Shown piece by piece: positions 1 through 13,275 of a DNA stretch of 64,000 bases. Position 1 is the stretch's first letter, and the number at the start of each line of letters is the position of its first letter. A model generated the notes under the pieces. It was given only the letters and a program-made list of their open reading frames with translations. It had not been told where the DNA came from and did not search any database. The stretch is from Centroscyllium fabricii (Eukaryota): positions 1,550,001-1,614,000 of the forward strand of contig JBNRSN020000071.1 of assembly GCA_051313645.2 (NCBI GenBank), given 5' to 3'. Made by a program: the position numbers and the translations under genes.

Positions 1-3000
1 CAACATCCGGAATCTCAATCACAACATCCGGAACCTCAATCACAGCATCCGGAATCTCAATCACAACATCCGGAATCTCAATCACAACATCCGGAACCCC
101 AATCACAGCATCCGGAACCTCAATCACAACATCCGGAATCTCAATCACAACATCCGGAACCTCAATCACAGCATCCGGACCCTCAATCACAACATCCGGA
201 ATCTCAATCACAACATCCGGAACCTCAATCACAGCATCCGGAATCTCAATCACAGCATCCGGAACCTCAATCACAACATCCGGAACCCCAATCACAGCAT
301 CCGGAACCTCGAACAAAACATCCGGAATCTCAATCACAACATCCGGAACCTCAATCACAACATCCGGAACCTCGATCAAAACATCCGGAACCTCAATCAC
401 AACATCCGGAACCTCAATCACAACATCCGGAACCTCAATCACAACATCCGGAACCTCAATCACAACATCCGGAACCTCAATCACAACATCCGGAACCTCG
501 ATCAAAACATCCGGAATCTCAATCACAACATCCGGAACCTCAATCACAACATCAGGAACCTCGATCACAGCATCCGGAACCTCGATCAAAACATCCGGAA
601 TCTCAATCACAACATCCGGAACCTCAATCACAACATCCGGAACCTCAATCACAGCATCCGGAACCTCAATCACAACATCCGGAACCTCGATCAAAACATC
701 CGGAATCTCAATCACAACATCCGGAACCTCAACCACAACATCCGGAACCTCAATCACAACATCCGGAACCTCAATCACAGCATCCGGAATCTCAATCACA
801 ACATCCGGAACCTCAATCACAACATCCGGAACCTCAATCACAACATCCGGAACCTCGATCAAAACATCCGGAATCTCAATCACAACATCCGGAACCTCAA
901 TCACAACATCAGGAACCTCGATCACAGCATCCGGAACCTCAATCACAACATCCGGAACCTCGATCAAAACATCCGGAATCTCAATCACAACATCCGGAAC
1001 CTCAATCACAACATCCGGAACCTCAATCACAGCATCCGGAACCTCAACCACAACATCCGGAACCTCAATCACAACATCCGGAACCTCAATCACAGCATCC
1101 GGAATCTCAATCACAGCATCCGGAACCTCAATCACAGCATCCGGAACCTCAATCACAGCATCCGGAATCTCAATCACAGCATCCGGAACCTCAATCACAA
1201 CATCCGGAACCTCAATCACAGCATCCGGAACCTCAATCACAACATCCGGAACCTCAATCACAACATCCGGAACCCCAATCACAGCATCCGGAACCTCAAT
1301 CACAACATCCGGAACCTCAATCACAACATCCGGAACCTCAATCACAACATCCGGAACCTCAATCACAACATCCGGAACCTCAATCACAACATCCGGAACC
1401 TCAATCACAACATCCGGAACCTCAATCACAACATCCGGAACCTCAATCACAACATCCGGAACCTCAATCACAACATCCGGAACCTCAATCACAACATCCG
1501 GAACCTCAATCACAGCATCCGGAACCTCGATCACAGCATCCGGAACCTCAATCACAGCATCAGGAAGCTCAGTCACAGCATCCGGAACCTCGATCACAAC
1601 ATCCGGAACCTCGATCACAGCATCCGGAACCTCAATCACAGCATCAGGAAGCTCAGTCACAGCATCCGGAACCTCGATCACAACATCCGGAACCTCAATC
1701 ACAACATCCGGAACCTCGATCACAACATCCGGAACCTCAATCACAACATCCAGAACCTCGATCACAACATCCGGAACCTCGATCACTACAGCCGGAACCT
1801 CGATCACTACAGCCGGAACCTCAATCACAACATCCGGAACCCCAATCACAAGATCCAGAACCTCGATCACAACATCCGGAACCTCGATCACTACAGCCGG
1901 AACCTCAATCACAACATCCGGAACCCCAATCACAAGATCCAGAACCTCGATCACAACATCCGGAACCTCAATCACAACATCCAGAACCTCGTTCACAACA
2001 TCCGGAACCTCAATCACAGCATCCGGAACCTCAATCACAACATCTGGAACCTCAATCACAGCCTCCGGAACCTCAGTGACAGCATCCGGAACCTCAATCA
2101 CAGCATCCGGAACCCCAATCACAGCATCCGGAACCTCAATCACAACATCCGGAACCTCGATCACAGCATCCGGAGCCTCAATCACAACATCCGGAACCTC
2201 AATCACAGCCTCCGGAACCCCAATCACAGCATCCGGAACCTCAATCACAACATCCGGAACCTCGATCACAGCATCCGGAGCCTCAATCACAACATCCGGA
2301 ACCTCAATCACAGCATCCGGAACCCCAATCACAGCATCCGGAACCTCAATCACAACATCCGGAACCTCAATCACAACATCCGGAACCTCAATCACAGCCT
2401 CCGGAACCTCAATCACAGCATCCGGAACCTCAATCACAGCATCCGGAACCTCAATTACAACATCCGGAACCTTAGTCACAACATCCGGATCCTCAATCAC
2501 AGCATCCGGAACCTCAATCACAGCATCCGGAACCTCAATCACAGCCTCCGGAACCCCAATCACAGCATCCGGAACCTCAATCACAACATCCGGAACCTCA
2601 ATCACAGCATCCGGAACCTCAATCACAGCATCCGGAACCTCAATCACAACATCCGGAACCTCAATCACAGCATCCGGAACCTCAATCACAACATCCGGAA
2701 CCTCAATCACAGCATCCGGAACCCCAATCACAGCATCCGGAACCTCAATCACAGCATCCGGAACCCCAATCACAACATCCGGAACCCCAATCACAACATC
2801 CGGAACCTCAATCACAACATCCGGAACCTCAATCACAGCATCCGGAACCCCAATCACAACATCCGGAACCTCAATCACAGCCTCCAGAACCTCAATCACA
2901 ACATCCGGAACCTCAATCACAGCATCCGGAACCCCAATCACAGCATCCGGAACCTCAATCACAACATCTGGAACCTCAATCACAACATCCGGAACCTCAA

Positions 3001-6000
3001 TCACAGCATCCGGAACTTCAATCACAACATCCGGAACCCCAATCACAGCATCCGGAACCTCAATCACAACATCCGGAACCCCAATCACAGCATCCGGAAC
3101 CTCAATCACAACATCCGGAACCTCAATCCAAACATCCGGAACCTCAAACACAGCATCCGGAACCTCAATTACAACATCCGGAACCTTAGTCACAACATCC
3201 GGAAACTCAATCACAGCATCCGGAACCTCAATCACAATATCCAGAACCTCGATCACAACATCCGGAAACTCAATCACAGCATCCGGAACCTCAATCACAA
3301 CATCAGGAACCTCAATCACAGCATCCGGAACCTCAATCACAACATCCAGAACCTCAATCACAACATCCGGAAACTCAATCACAGCATCCGGAACCTCAAT
3401 CACAACATCCGGAACCTCAATCACAATATCCAGAACCTCGAACACAGCATCCGGAACCTCAATCACAACATCCAGAACCTCAATCACAGCATCCGGAATC
3501 TCAATCACAACATCCAGAACCTCAATCACAGCATCCGGAATCTCAATCACAGCATCCGGAACCTCAATCACAGCATCCGGAACCCCAATCACAGCATCCG
3601 GAACCTCGAACACAGCATCCGGAACCTCAATCACAACATCCAGAACCTCAATCACAACATCCGGAACCTCAATCACAGCATCCGGAATCTCAATCACAAC
3701 ATCCGGAACCTCAATCACAGCATCCGGAACCTCAATCAAAACATCCGGAATCTCAATCACAACATCCGGAACCTGAATCACAACATCCGGAACCTCAATC
3801 ACAACATCCGGAACCTCAATCACAGCATCCGGAATCTCAATCACAACATCCGGAACCTCAATCACAACGTCCGGAACCTCGATCACAACATCCGGAACCT
3901 CAATCACAACATCCGGAACCTCAATCACAACATCCGGAACCTCAATCACAGCATCCGGAATCTCGATCACAACATCCGGAACATCAATCACAACATCCGG
4001 AACCTCAATCACAACATCCGGAACCTCAATCACAGCATCCGGAACCTCAATCACAACATCCGGAACCTCGATCACAACATCAGGATCCTCAATCACAACA
4101 TCCGGAACATCAATCACAGCATCCGGAACCTCAATCACAACATCCGGAACCTCAATCACAACATCCGGAACCTCAATCACAGCATCCGGAACCTCAATCA
4201 CAACATCCGGAACCTCGATCACAACATCAGGATCCTCAATCACAACATCCGGAACCTCAATCACAGCATCCGGAACCTCAATCACAACATCCGGAACCTC
4301 GATCACAACATCAGGATCCTCAATCACAACATCCGGAACCTCAATCACAACATCCGGAATCTCAATCACAACATCCGGAACCTCAATCACAACATCCGGA
4401 ACCTCGATCACAACATCCGGAACATCAATCACAACATCCGGAATCTCAATCACAACATCCGGAACCTCAATCACAACATCCGGAACCTCGATCACAACAT
4501 CAGGATCCTCAATCACAACATCCGGAACCTCAATCACAACATCCGGAACCTCGATCAAAACATCCGGAATCTCAATCACAACATCCGGAACCTCAATCAC
4601 AACATCAGGAACCTCGATCACAGCATCCGGAACCTCAATCACAACATCAGGAACCTCGATCACAGCATCCGGAACCTCAATCACAACATCCGGAACCTCA
4701 ATCACAGCATCCGGAATCTCAATCACAACATCCGGAACCTCAATCACAACATCCGGAACCTCAATCACAACATCCGGAACCTCAGTCACAACATCCGGAA
4801 TCTCAATCACAACATCCGGAACCTCAATCACAGCATCCGGAACCTCAATCACAGCATCCGGAATCTCAATCACAGCATCCGGAACCCCAATCACAGCATC
4901 CGGAACCTCAATCACAACATCCGGAACCTCAATCACAACATTCGGAACCTCAATCACAACATCCGGAACCTCAATCACAACATCCGGAACCTCAATCACA
5001 ACATCAGGAACCTCAATCACAACATCAGGAACCTCGATCACAGCATCCGGAACCTCAATCACAACATCAGGAACCTCGATCACAGCATCCGGAACCTCAA
5101 TCACAACATCCGGAACCTCAATCACAGCATCCGGAATCTCAATCACAACATCCGGAACCTCAATCACAACATCCGGAACCTCAATCACAACATCCGGAAC
5201 CTCAGTCACAACATCCGGAATCTCAATCACAACATCCGGAACCTCAATCACAGCATCCGGAATCTCAATCACAACATCCGGAACCTCAATCACAGCATCC
5301 GGAATCTCAATCACAGCATCCGGAACCCCAATCACAGCATCCGGAACCTCGATCACAACATCCGGAACCTCAATCACAACATCCGGAACCTCAATCACAA
5401 CATCCGGAACCTCAATCACAACATCCGGAACCTCAATCACAACATCCGGAACCTCAATCACAACATCCGGAACCCCAATCACAGCATCCGGAACCTCAAT
5501 CACAACATCCGGAACCTCGATCACAACATCCGGAACCCCAATCACAGCATCCGGAACCTCGATCACAACATCCGGAACCTCGATCACAACATACGGAACC
5601 TCAATCACAACATCCGGAACCTCAATCACAACATCCGGAACCCCAATCACAACATCCGGAACCCCAATCACAGCATCCGGAACCTCGATCACAACATCCG
5701 GAACCTCAATCACAACATCCAGAACCTCGATCACAACATCCGGAACCTCGATCACTACAGCCGGAACCTCAATCACAGCATCCGGAACCTCGATCACAAC
5801 ATCCGGAACCTCGATCACTACAGCCGGAACCTCAATCACAACATCCGGAACCCCAATCACAAGATCCAGAACCTCGATCACAACATCCGGAACCTCGATC
5901 ACAACATCCGGAACCCCAATCACAGCCTCCGGAACCTCAGTGACAGCATCCGGAACCTCAATCACAGCATCCGGAACCCCAATCACAGCATCCGGAACCC

Positions 6001-8410
6001 CAATCACAGCATCCGGAACCTCAATCACAACATCCGGAACCTCGATCACAGCATCCGGAGCCTCAATCACAACATCCGGAACCTCAATCACAGCATCCGG
6101 AACCCCAATCACAGCCTCCGGAACCTCGATCACAGCATCCGGAGCCTCAATCACAACATCCGGAACCTCAATCACAGCCTCCGGAACCCCAATCACAGCA
6201 TCCGGAACCTCAATCACAACATCCGGAACCTCAATCACAGCATCCGGAACCCCAATCACAGCATCCGGAACCTCAATCACAACATCCGGAACCTCAATCA
6301 CAGCATCCGGAACCCCAATCACAGCATCCGGAACCCCAATCACAGCATCCGGAACCTCAATCACAACATCCGGAACCTCAATCACAACATCCGGAACCTC
6401 AATCACAGCATCCGGAACCCCAATCACAGCATCCGGAACCTCAATTACAACATCCGGAACCTTAGTCACAACATCCGGATCCTCAGTCACAGCATCCGGA
6501 ACCTCAATCACAGCATCCGGAACCTCAATTACAACATCTGGAACCTTAGTCACAACATCCGGATCCTCAGTCACAGCATCCGGAACCTCAATCACAACAT
6601 CCGGAAACTCAATCACAGCATCCGGAACCTCAATCACAGCATCCGGAACCTCAATCACAACATCCGGAACCTCAATCACAACATCCGGAACCTCAATCAC
6701 AGCATCCGGAACCTCAATCACAGCATCCGGAACCTCAATCACAACATCCGGAACCTCAATCACAGCATCCGGAACCCCAATCACAGCATCCGGAACCTCA
6801 ATCACAACATCCGGAACCTCAATCACAGCCTCCGGAACCTCAATCACAACATCCGGAACCTCAATCACAGCATCCGGAACCTCAATCACAACATCCGGAA
6901 CCTCAATCACAACATCCGGAACCTCAATCACAGCATCCGGAACCTCAATCACAACATCCGGAACCTCAATCACAGCATCCGGAACCCCAATCACAGCATC
7001 CGGAACCTCAATCACAACATCCGGAACCTCAATCCAAACATCCGGAACCTCAATCACAGCATCCGGAACCTCAATCACAGCATCCGGAACCTCAATCACA
7101 GCATCCGGAACCTCAATTACAACATCCGGAACCTTAGTCACAACATCCGGATCCTCAATCACAGCATCCGGAACCTCAATCACAGCATCCAGAACCTCAA
7201 TCACAACATCCGGAAACTCAATCACAACATCCGGAACCTCAATCACAACATCCGGAACCTCAATCACAACATCCGGTACCTCAATCACAACATCCGGAAC
7301 CTCAATCACAACATCCGGAACCTCAATCACAATATCCAGAACCTCGAACACAGCATCCGGAACCTCAATCACAACATCCGGAACCTCAATCACAACATCC
7401 GGAACCTCAATCACAACATCCGGTACCTCAATCACAACATCCGGAACCTCAATCACAATATCCAGAACCTCGAACACAGCATCCGGAACCTCAATCACAA
7501 CATCCAGAACCTCAATCACAGCATCCGGAATCTCAATCACAACATCCAGAACCTCAATCACAGCATCCGGAATCTCAATCACAGCATCCGGAATCTCAAT
7601 CACAGCATCCGGAACCTCGAACACAGCATCCGGAACCTCAATCACAACATCCAGAACCTTAATCACAACATCCGGAACCTCAATCACAGCATCCGGAATC
7701 TCAATCACAACATCCAGAACCTCAATCACAGCATCCGGAATCTCAATCACAACATCCGGAACCTCAATCAAAACATCCGGAATCTCAATCACAACATCCG
7801 GAACCTGAATCACAACATCCGGAACCTCAATCACAACATCCGGAACCTCAATCACAACATCCGGAACCTCAATCACAGCATCCGGAACCTCAATCACAAC
7901 ATCCAGAACCTCAATCACAACGTCCGGAACCTCGATCACAACATCCGGAACCTCAATCACAGCATCCGGAACCTCAATCACAACATCCAGAACCTCAATC
8001 ACAACATCCGGAACCTCAATCACAGCATCCGGAATCTCGATCACAACATCCGGAACATCAATCACAACATCTGGAACCTCAATCACAACATTCGGAACCT
8101 CAATCACAACATCCGGAACCTCAATCACAACATCCGGAACCTCAATCACAGCATCCGGAACCTCAATCACAACATCTGGAACCTCAATCACAACATTCGG
8201 AACCTCTGTCACAACATCTGGAACCTCAGTCACAACATCCGGAACCTCAATCACAACATCCGGAACCTCAATCACAACATCCGGAACCTCAATCACAGCA
8301 TACGGAACCTCAATCACAGCATACGGAACCTCAATCACAGCATACGGAACCTCAATCACAGCATCCGGAACCTCAATCACAGCATCCAGAACCACAGTCA
8401 CTGCATCCAG
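1..8410. repeat. 21-bp tandem array (consensus ACAACATCCGGAACCTCAATC), 400 units in the window, running off the left edge
   Basis: Unit read directly. Unit starts fall on multiples of 21 at 0, 2079 and 8400, so phase is preserved. The two long TTSGTSI ORFs are translations of this array. Confidence 0.98.
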
Positions 8411-8666
8411 ATGTGGAGGTGCCAGTGTTGGACTGGGGTGGACAAATGTAAAAAATTACACAACACCAGGTTATAATCCAACAGTTTTATTTGAAATCAC
8501 AAGCTTTCGGAGCGCTGCTCCCCTTGATCAGTTGTGCAGAGGATTCAACACCAGGTTGACAAACTCTGTGCTTCTGACTTGCACCTGACAAAGGGGCAAC
8601 GCTCCAAAAGCTTGTGATTTCAAATAAAACTGTTGGACTATAACCTGGTGTTGTGACTTCTTACAC
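8411..8666. mobile_element. Penelope-like element remnant with inverted pLTR-type arms and degenerate hammerhead cores
   Basis: Starts ATGTGGAGGTGCCAGTGTTGGACTGGGGTGGAC, as does the insert at 40148. Inverted arms at about 8448-8531 and 8585-8666. CTGACAAAGGGGCAACGCTCCAAAA resembles a decayed CTGANGA...GAAA core. Flanked by cactgcatccag/cactgcattctg. Confidence 0.65.
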
Positions 8667-8871
8667 TGCATTCTGAAGCTCAACATTTCCCTTTGGTCTC
8701 CGTGACCAGAGCTGGACGCAGTCCTTGAGACAAAGTCCGACCAGTAATGTTTAAAGGTTAAACACGACTTCCTTAACTTGTCCTCTACTGTTCTGGCTAT
8801 ATAATTTAATGTTTACAGCCTGTAGCATGGTATTCCTTGAGTTGTGATTAAAATATCTATACAAGCTGGAT

Positions 8872-9262
8872 ATAGAAACATAGAAACTAGGAGCAGGAGT
8901 AGGCCATTCGGCCCTTCGAGCCTGCTCCGCCATTCAATGAGATCATGGCTGATCATCCAAACCCAGTACCCCACCCCTGCCCTCTCCCCCGATCCCTATC
9001 GAGCCTGCACCGACACATATCCCACCCTATCCCCGTAACCCCACATATTTAATCCCCCTAACACTAAGGGTCAATTTATCCTGGCCAATCAACCTAACCC
9101 GCACATCTTTGGACTGTGGGAGGAAACCGGAGCACCCGGAGGAAACCCACGCAGACACGGGGAGAATGTGCAAACTCCACACAGATAGTACCCGAGGCTG
9201 GATTTGAACCCGGGTCTCCAGTGCTGTGAGACAACAGTGCTAACTGCTGTGCCACCGTGCCA
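8872..9262 (-). mobile_element. tRNA-derived V-SINE (HE1-like) with CR1-type 3' tail
   Basis: A/B-box head GGCACGGTGGCACAGCAGTTAGC...GGTTCAAATCC, V-core TGTGGAGTTTGCACATTCTCCCCG, and a tail shared with the CR1 3' ends in this window. Confidence 0.85.
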
Positions 9263-9954
9263 CCCATATGCAATAGCACATCCTTTGCAGTTTACAGACT
9301 CCATGTTCGCAGGCCTCAAATGGTCACCCTCCTTGTCTAATGTCTATGGAAATCCAATTCTAGCTCTGATGGTCTGGGAGTTTTGACTTAAAACCAAACA
9401 ATTCAGTGGAAGCAGAGTATTCAACACCAGGTTGACAAACTCTGTGCTTCTGACTTGCATTATGTTAGCCAGAACAGAGATATTGGTCCAGAATTTAAGA
9501 ACCCATTTGGAATCACAAATTCTGGTTCAGGCAACCACAGGCCCAGGTCAGAGATTTCAGTGCCAACACTTTTCCTCCTGACCACGGTGCCAATTGAAAC
9601 CACATTTGGAAGATGATGCTTGCACACCTGCTCTGAAGAACTTGGGAGGAAGATGACCCAGCATTGTACCAAAGCCCCAATATTGCACCAGAGCCCCAAC
9701 AGCACCTTTAGAGTTCCAGCTGAAAACTCCCAGCTCATAGAATATCCTAACGGTTTCCTCTCAACCAACCGAGACAACACAGAGCCCTCTTTTCCTGGTG
9801 CTTTGGGGAAATATCTTTACTGTGAGCAAGTACGACATCCATCAGGTTCAGCTGTGTGACCTGAAGGGGCTGCATTTGTTTCTGAGACCTGGACTTCGGA
9901 CCCAATTCTGATGCACAGTGAGTGCAGGTGCGTCAAGCAAGATCACCCAACCTA

Positions 9955-10493
9955 CCTTCAAGAAGGAGTTGGATATATTTCTTGAGGCTGAAGGGATCAA
10001 GGGATATGGGGAGAAAGCAGGGACAGGGTACTGGGTTTGGATGATCAGCCAGGATCTCATTAAATGGCAGAACAAGCTCGAGGGGCCAAATGGCCTACTC
10101 CTGCTCCTATCTTCTATGTTTCTTTGATAGCTCGTGCAGGTGTGCAGAACTTGATCTGGCAGAGCAGGGGTGTCCAGAACCAGGGGTCACAGTCCAAGGA
10201 TAAGGGGTAAGCCATTTAGGACTGAGATAAGGAGGAATTTCTTCACCCAGAGAGTGGTGAACCTGTGGAATTCTCTGCCACACAGGGCAGTTGAGGCCAA
10301 TTCATTAAATATATTCAAGAAGGAGTTGGATATATTTCTTGAGGCTGAAGGGATCAAGGGATATGGGGAGAAAGCAGGGACAGGGTACTGGGTTTGGATG
10401 ATCAGCCAGGATCTCATTAAATGGCGGAACAAGCTCGAGGGGCCAAATGGCCTACTCCTGCTCCTATCTTCTATGTTTCTTTGATAGCTCGTG
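9955..10493 (+). mobile_element. Two tandem CR1 LINE 3' ends
   Basis: RTRGHS..RRNFFTQRVVNLWNSLP ORF2 C-terminus. The 3' UTR is present twice (about 9955-10137 and 10314-10494). Confidence 0.85.
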
Positions 10494-11054
10494 AGGTGAT
10501 GGATCAGGGCCACCTTCAGTCTGAACAATAAAACAACAAAATGTAGCACTGGCATTACATCATGGCTGATGGAAGATGATATTCTGGATAAATGAGATGA
10601 AATGGAATAAAGGTCTTGTGATTTGACAAAACTTCTCCCATAAGAGTCAAATTGAAGATCATGGGAGCATTGCATGTTAAATGCAGCTGATTATGGTAAT
10701 TTAAAAAAAATTATCTGGCAGGACAGGAAGCAGTGCTGATGATGGGACAAATAAAGAATTGCAATCTAATCTATGGGCTGGGCTGTAAGCAGAATGGGAC
10801 GGGGGAAATCAGATGATTCTCACATGATTTCAGGCAATCAAAGACTTGAATCAGGCATCTGCCCATCATTAACACCCGAGGCATGCGGAGAATAAATAAA
10901 TGGCTAACAATGCTTTTCCCCTACAGCACTACGATTCATCAGCACAAGAAGTACAATATTAGTCACACCCACACCAAAGCTCACATACACCCACCAACTG
11001 ACGCCTAAACACCCACACCCCTACCTAAACACACACTCGAGACAGGTGTAGTAC

Positions 11055-11257
11055 CTAAAATAGTCGCATGATGCTGCCAGAAGTATGCGGTGCGCTTCAA
11101 TGGGCTTCCCCTCTACGATCAGTATAACATCAAACAGGCTGGCACTGTTCCGGAGTGCGACTAGTCCATCCAGCAGAGACTGGGAGTGTGCTGAGCTGTG
11201 ATAGGTCTGGCTCACTTTTTTCTGACTCTGCTGTTTGTCCTCGTGCTCCTCTGCCAT
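11055..11257 (-). CDS. KLHL22: Kelch-like protein 22, first coding exon (N-terminus and start of BTB domain); exon spans 11055-11333
   Basis: MAEE...TYHSSAHSQSLLDGLVALRNSASLFDVILIVEGKPIEAHRILLAASCDYFR matches the remembered KLHL22 N-terminus. Acceptor ttttcAG at 11335-11334, phase-2 donor AG|GTAC at 11054, in-frame stop upstream of the ATG. An alternative ATG lies at 11263. Confidence 0.92.
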
Positions 11258-12879
11258 GGTCATTCGAATGATGTCGAGAACACCCAGCCTTCAGGAAACC
11301 GTGGGCCAACAGGTGGCTTTCACACTGTCTCTTCTGAAAAATATAAAAAATGCGCCAAAATCATTCAGCGGGCAAGAGACTGGGCGTCTGTGGCTAGAAT
11401 GTCACAAATAAAGACCAGAATTGTCTCTGGTTTGAACCTGTGTGTTTAGTTAGTTGACTGTGGCCAGGAGGACAGGTGCCATGAGTTAGTGAGGAGGGAG
11501 AATAAGCATCAGCCAGGGTTCCCACACCTAGCTCCTATTGTTTGACTCCTGTTGGAAAAGGGCACCTGTGGTCATCCGGTGAAGATTGTATCCACCATGG
11601 CTGTATCGTCCTTCCTGTGGTCAAATACCATACCCATATTCTCTCGACTCACGCACAAAGGATTGCTGTGTGAGAGAGGTACTCTAGGACGGTGGTGCCT
11701 TTGCACGAATCACTGCCTCAGGACGGAAGTGGAGAAAATGACGGGGCGAGGAAGAGAGAATGGGATAAAGATGAGGTTAGTGAAAGCCAAGTAGTAACAC
11801 CGTTTCCCCCGCCACCAGTTCCATTCCTCTCCCTGGCCACTGTCTCAGGCTGAACCTGACATTTCGCAACCTCTGCGTCCTATTTGACCCTGAGCTGAGC
11901 TTCCGACCTCAGATCCTCTCCATCACAAAGAACTCTGCGTTCCTCCAACTCTGCCCCACTTCATTCACCCCACCATTTGAGCCCAATCTTGTCCTCACCC
12001 AGCATCCACACACACTTCCTTGTCCATAAGAAAGCAGGGGCCCGTGCCCAGCTGACCTTGAGCCTCCGTACTGGGTGGACACCTTGGTTAAATGTATAGA
12101 CACAAAAGGCATCAAGGGTATGGGGAGAGAGCGGGAACATGGTATTGAGAGAGAGGATCAGCCATAATCACATTGAATGGCGGAGCAGGCGTGAAGGGTC
12201 GAATGGCCGACTCCTGCTCCTGTGTTCCTATGTTTCTATTGCTCCCTCTGCTGTCCCAGTTCTATCAGCTCAGTAAAGGCAGGGATGAACCTGGGACTTT
12301 CCTCACCGTGCACCGAGTCATCACAGGATCCTTCAACTCCAACATCATAACCTGTAACTTTATATCATTCTTACCCTTAAACTGGATGTTGGGAAGTTTA
12401 CCTTTAAACTACAATCCACAAACAGCATTAGTGTGAGGTTTCACGTCACACGGCCTTATTCAATCTCCACGAGGTCTAACTAGGCTACAGTGAAAAGTTT
12501 CTACATGCATGAAACCTCATCATCCCAGTAAAGTAAGCTCACCTTTTTTATTACTGTCTTCTCTTTCCCTGAAGGTGTCAACTCCTGATTAGTTTCATGG
12601 CCCACAGGCACCTCCTGCCTTCCCTCCAGTATCTCACCATAGTGGTATGAGGCTGTTCGACCTTGGGGGTCATCGTAGCTGGGAATATCCTCACCCAAGA
12701 TCCACACGCAGGCACTTTCCACCAGGGCCAATCACACAGTGACCAGGAGCCAGGACCCTGTCTGATTTTCCCATCCCAAGCCCAGGGAGAATACTGTCCT
12801 GCACTGCCATCAATGCTCAAATCAGCTTAAGTGCAGACTGGCCCTGGCTTTTGCCATGAAGGAATCTACATCAAGTAGA

Positions 12880-13275
12880 TTCCTACCATGGCAGCTGGTG
12901 GAATTTAAATTCAATTTAATTCTGGAATTAAATGTTAGTCTTAGTAATGGTGACCAGAATACCATTGTTGAATATTGCAAAAACCCATCTGGTTCACTAA
13001 TGTCCTTTAGGGAAGGAAATCTGCCGTCCTTACCCGGTCTGGCCTACATGTGACTCCAGACCCACAGCAATGTGGTTGACTCTTAATGCCCTCTGAAATG
13101 GCCCAGCAAGCCACTCAGTTGTAAACAACTGCTACGCAACATTGTGGGTGTACCAGCACCATATGGACTGCAGCGGTTCAAGAAGGCGGCTCACCACCAT
13201 CTTCTCAAGGGCAATTAGGGATGGGCACTAAATGCAGGCCTAGCCAGCCAGCGACGCCCACATCCCATCAACTAA
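12880..13275 (+). mobile_element. LINE-related 3' end or derived non-autonomous repeat
   Basis: GCAGCGGTTCAAGAAGGCGGCTCACCACCATCTTCTCAAGGGCAATTAGGGATGGGCA tail; inverted copies at about 20375-20830, 23720 and 30410. Confidence 0.65.

Noticed and set aside
2076-7808. 566-aa and 622-aa Ser/Thr-rich ORFs as mucin genes
   Set aside because: They are GTG-started translations of the 21-bp array with paralogous stops, no signal peptide or mucin domains, and lie antisense within a probable KLHL22 intron.
1-8410. CRISPR array
   Set aside because: No unique spacers, no cas genes, vertebrate context.
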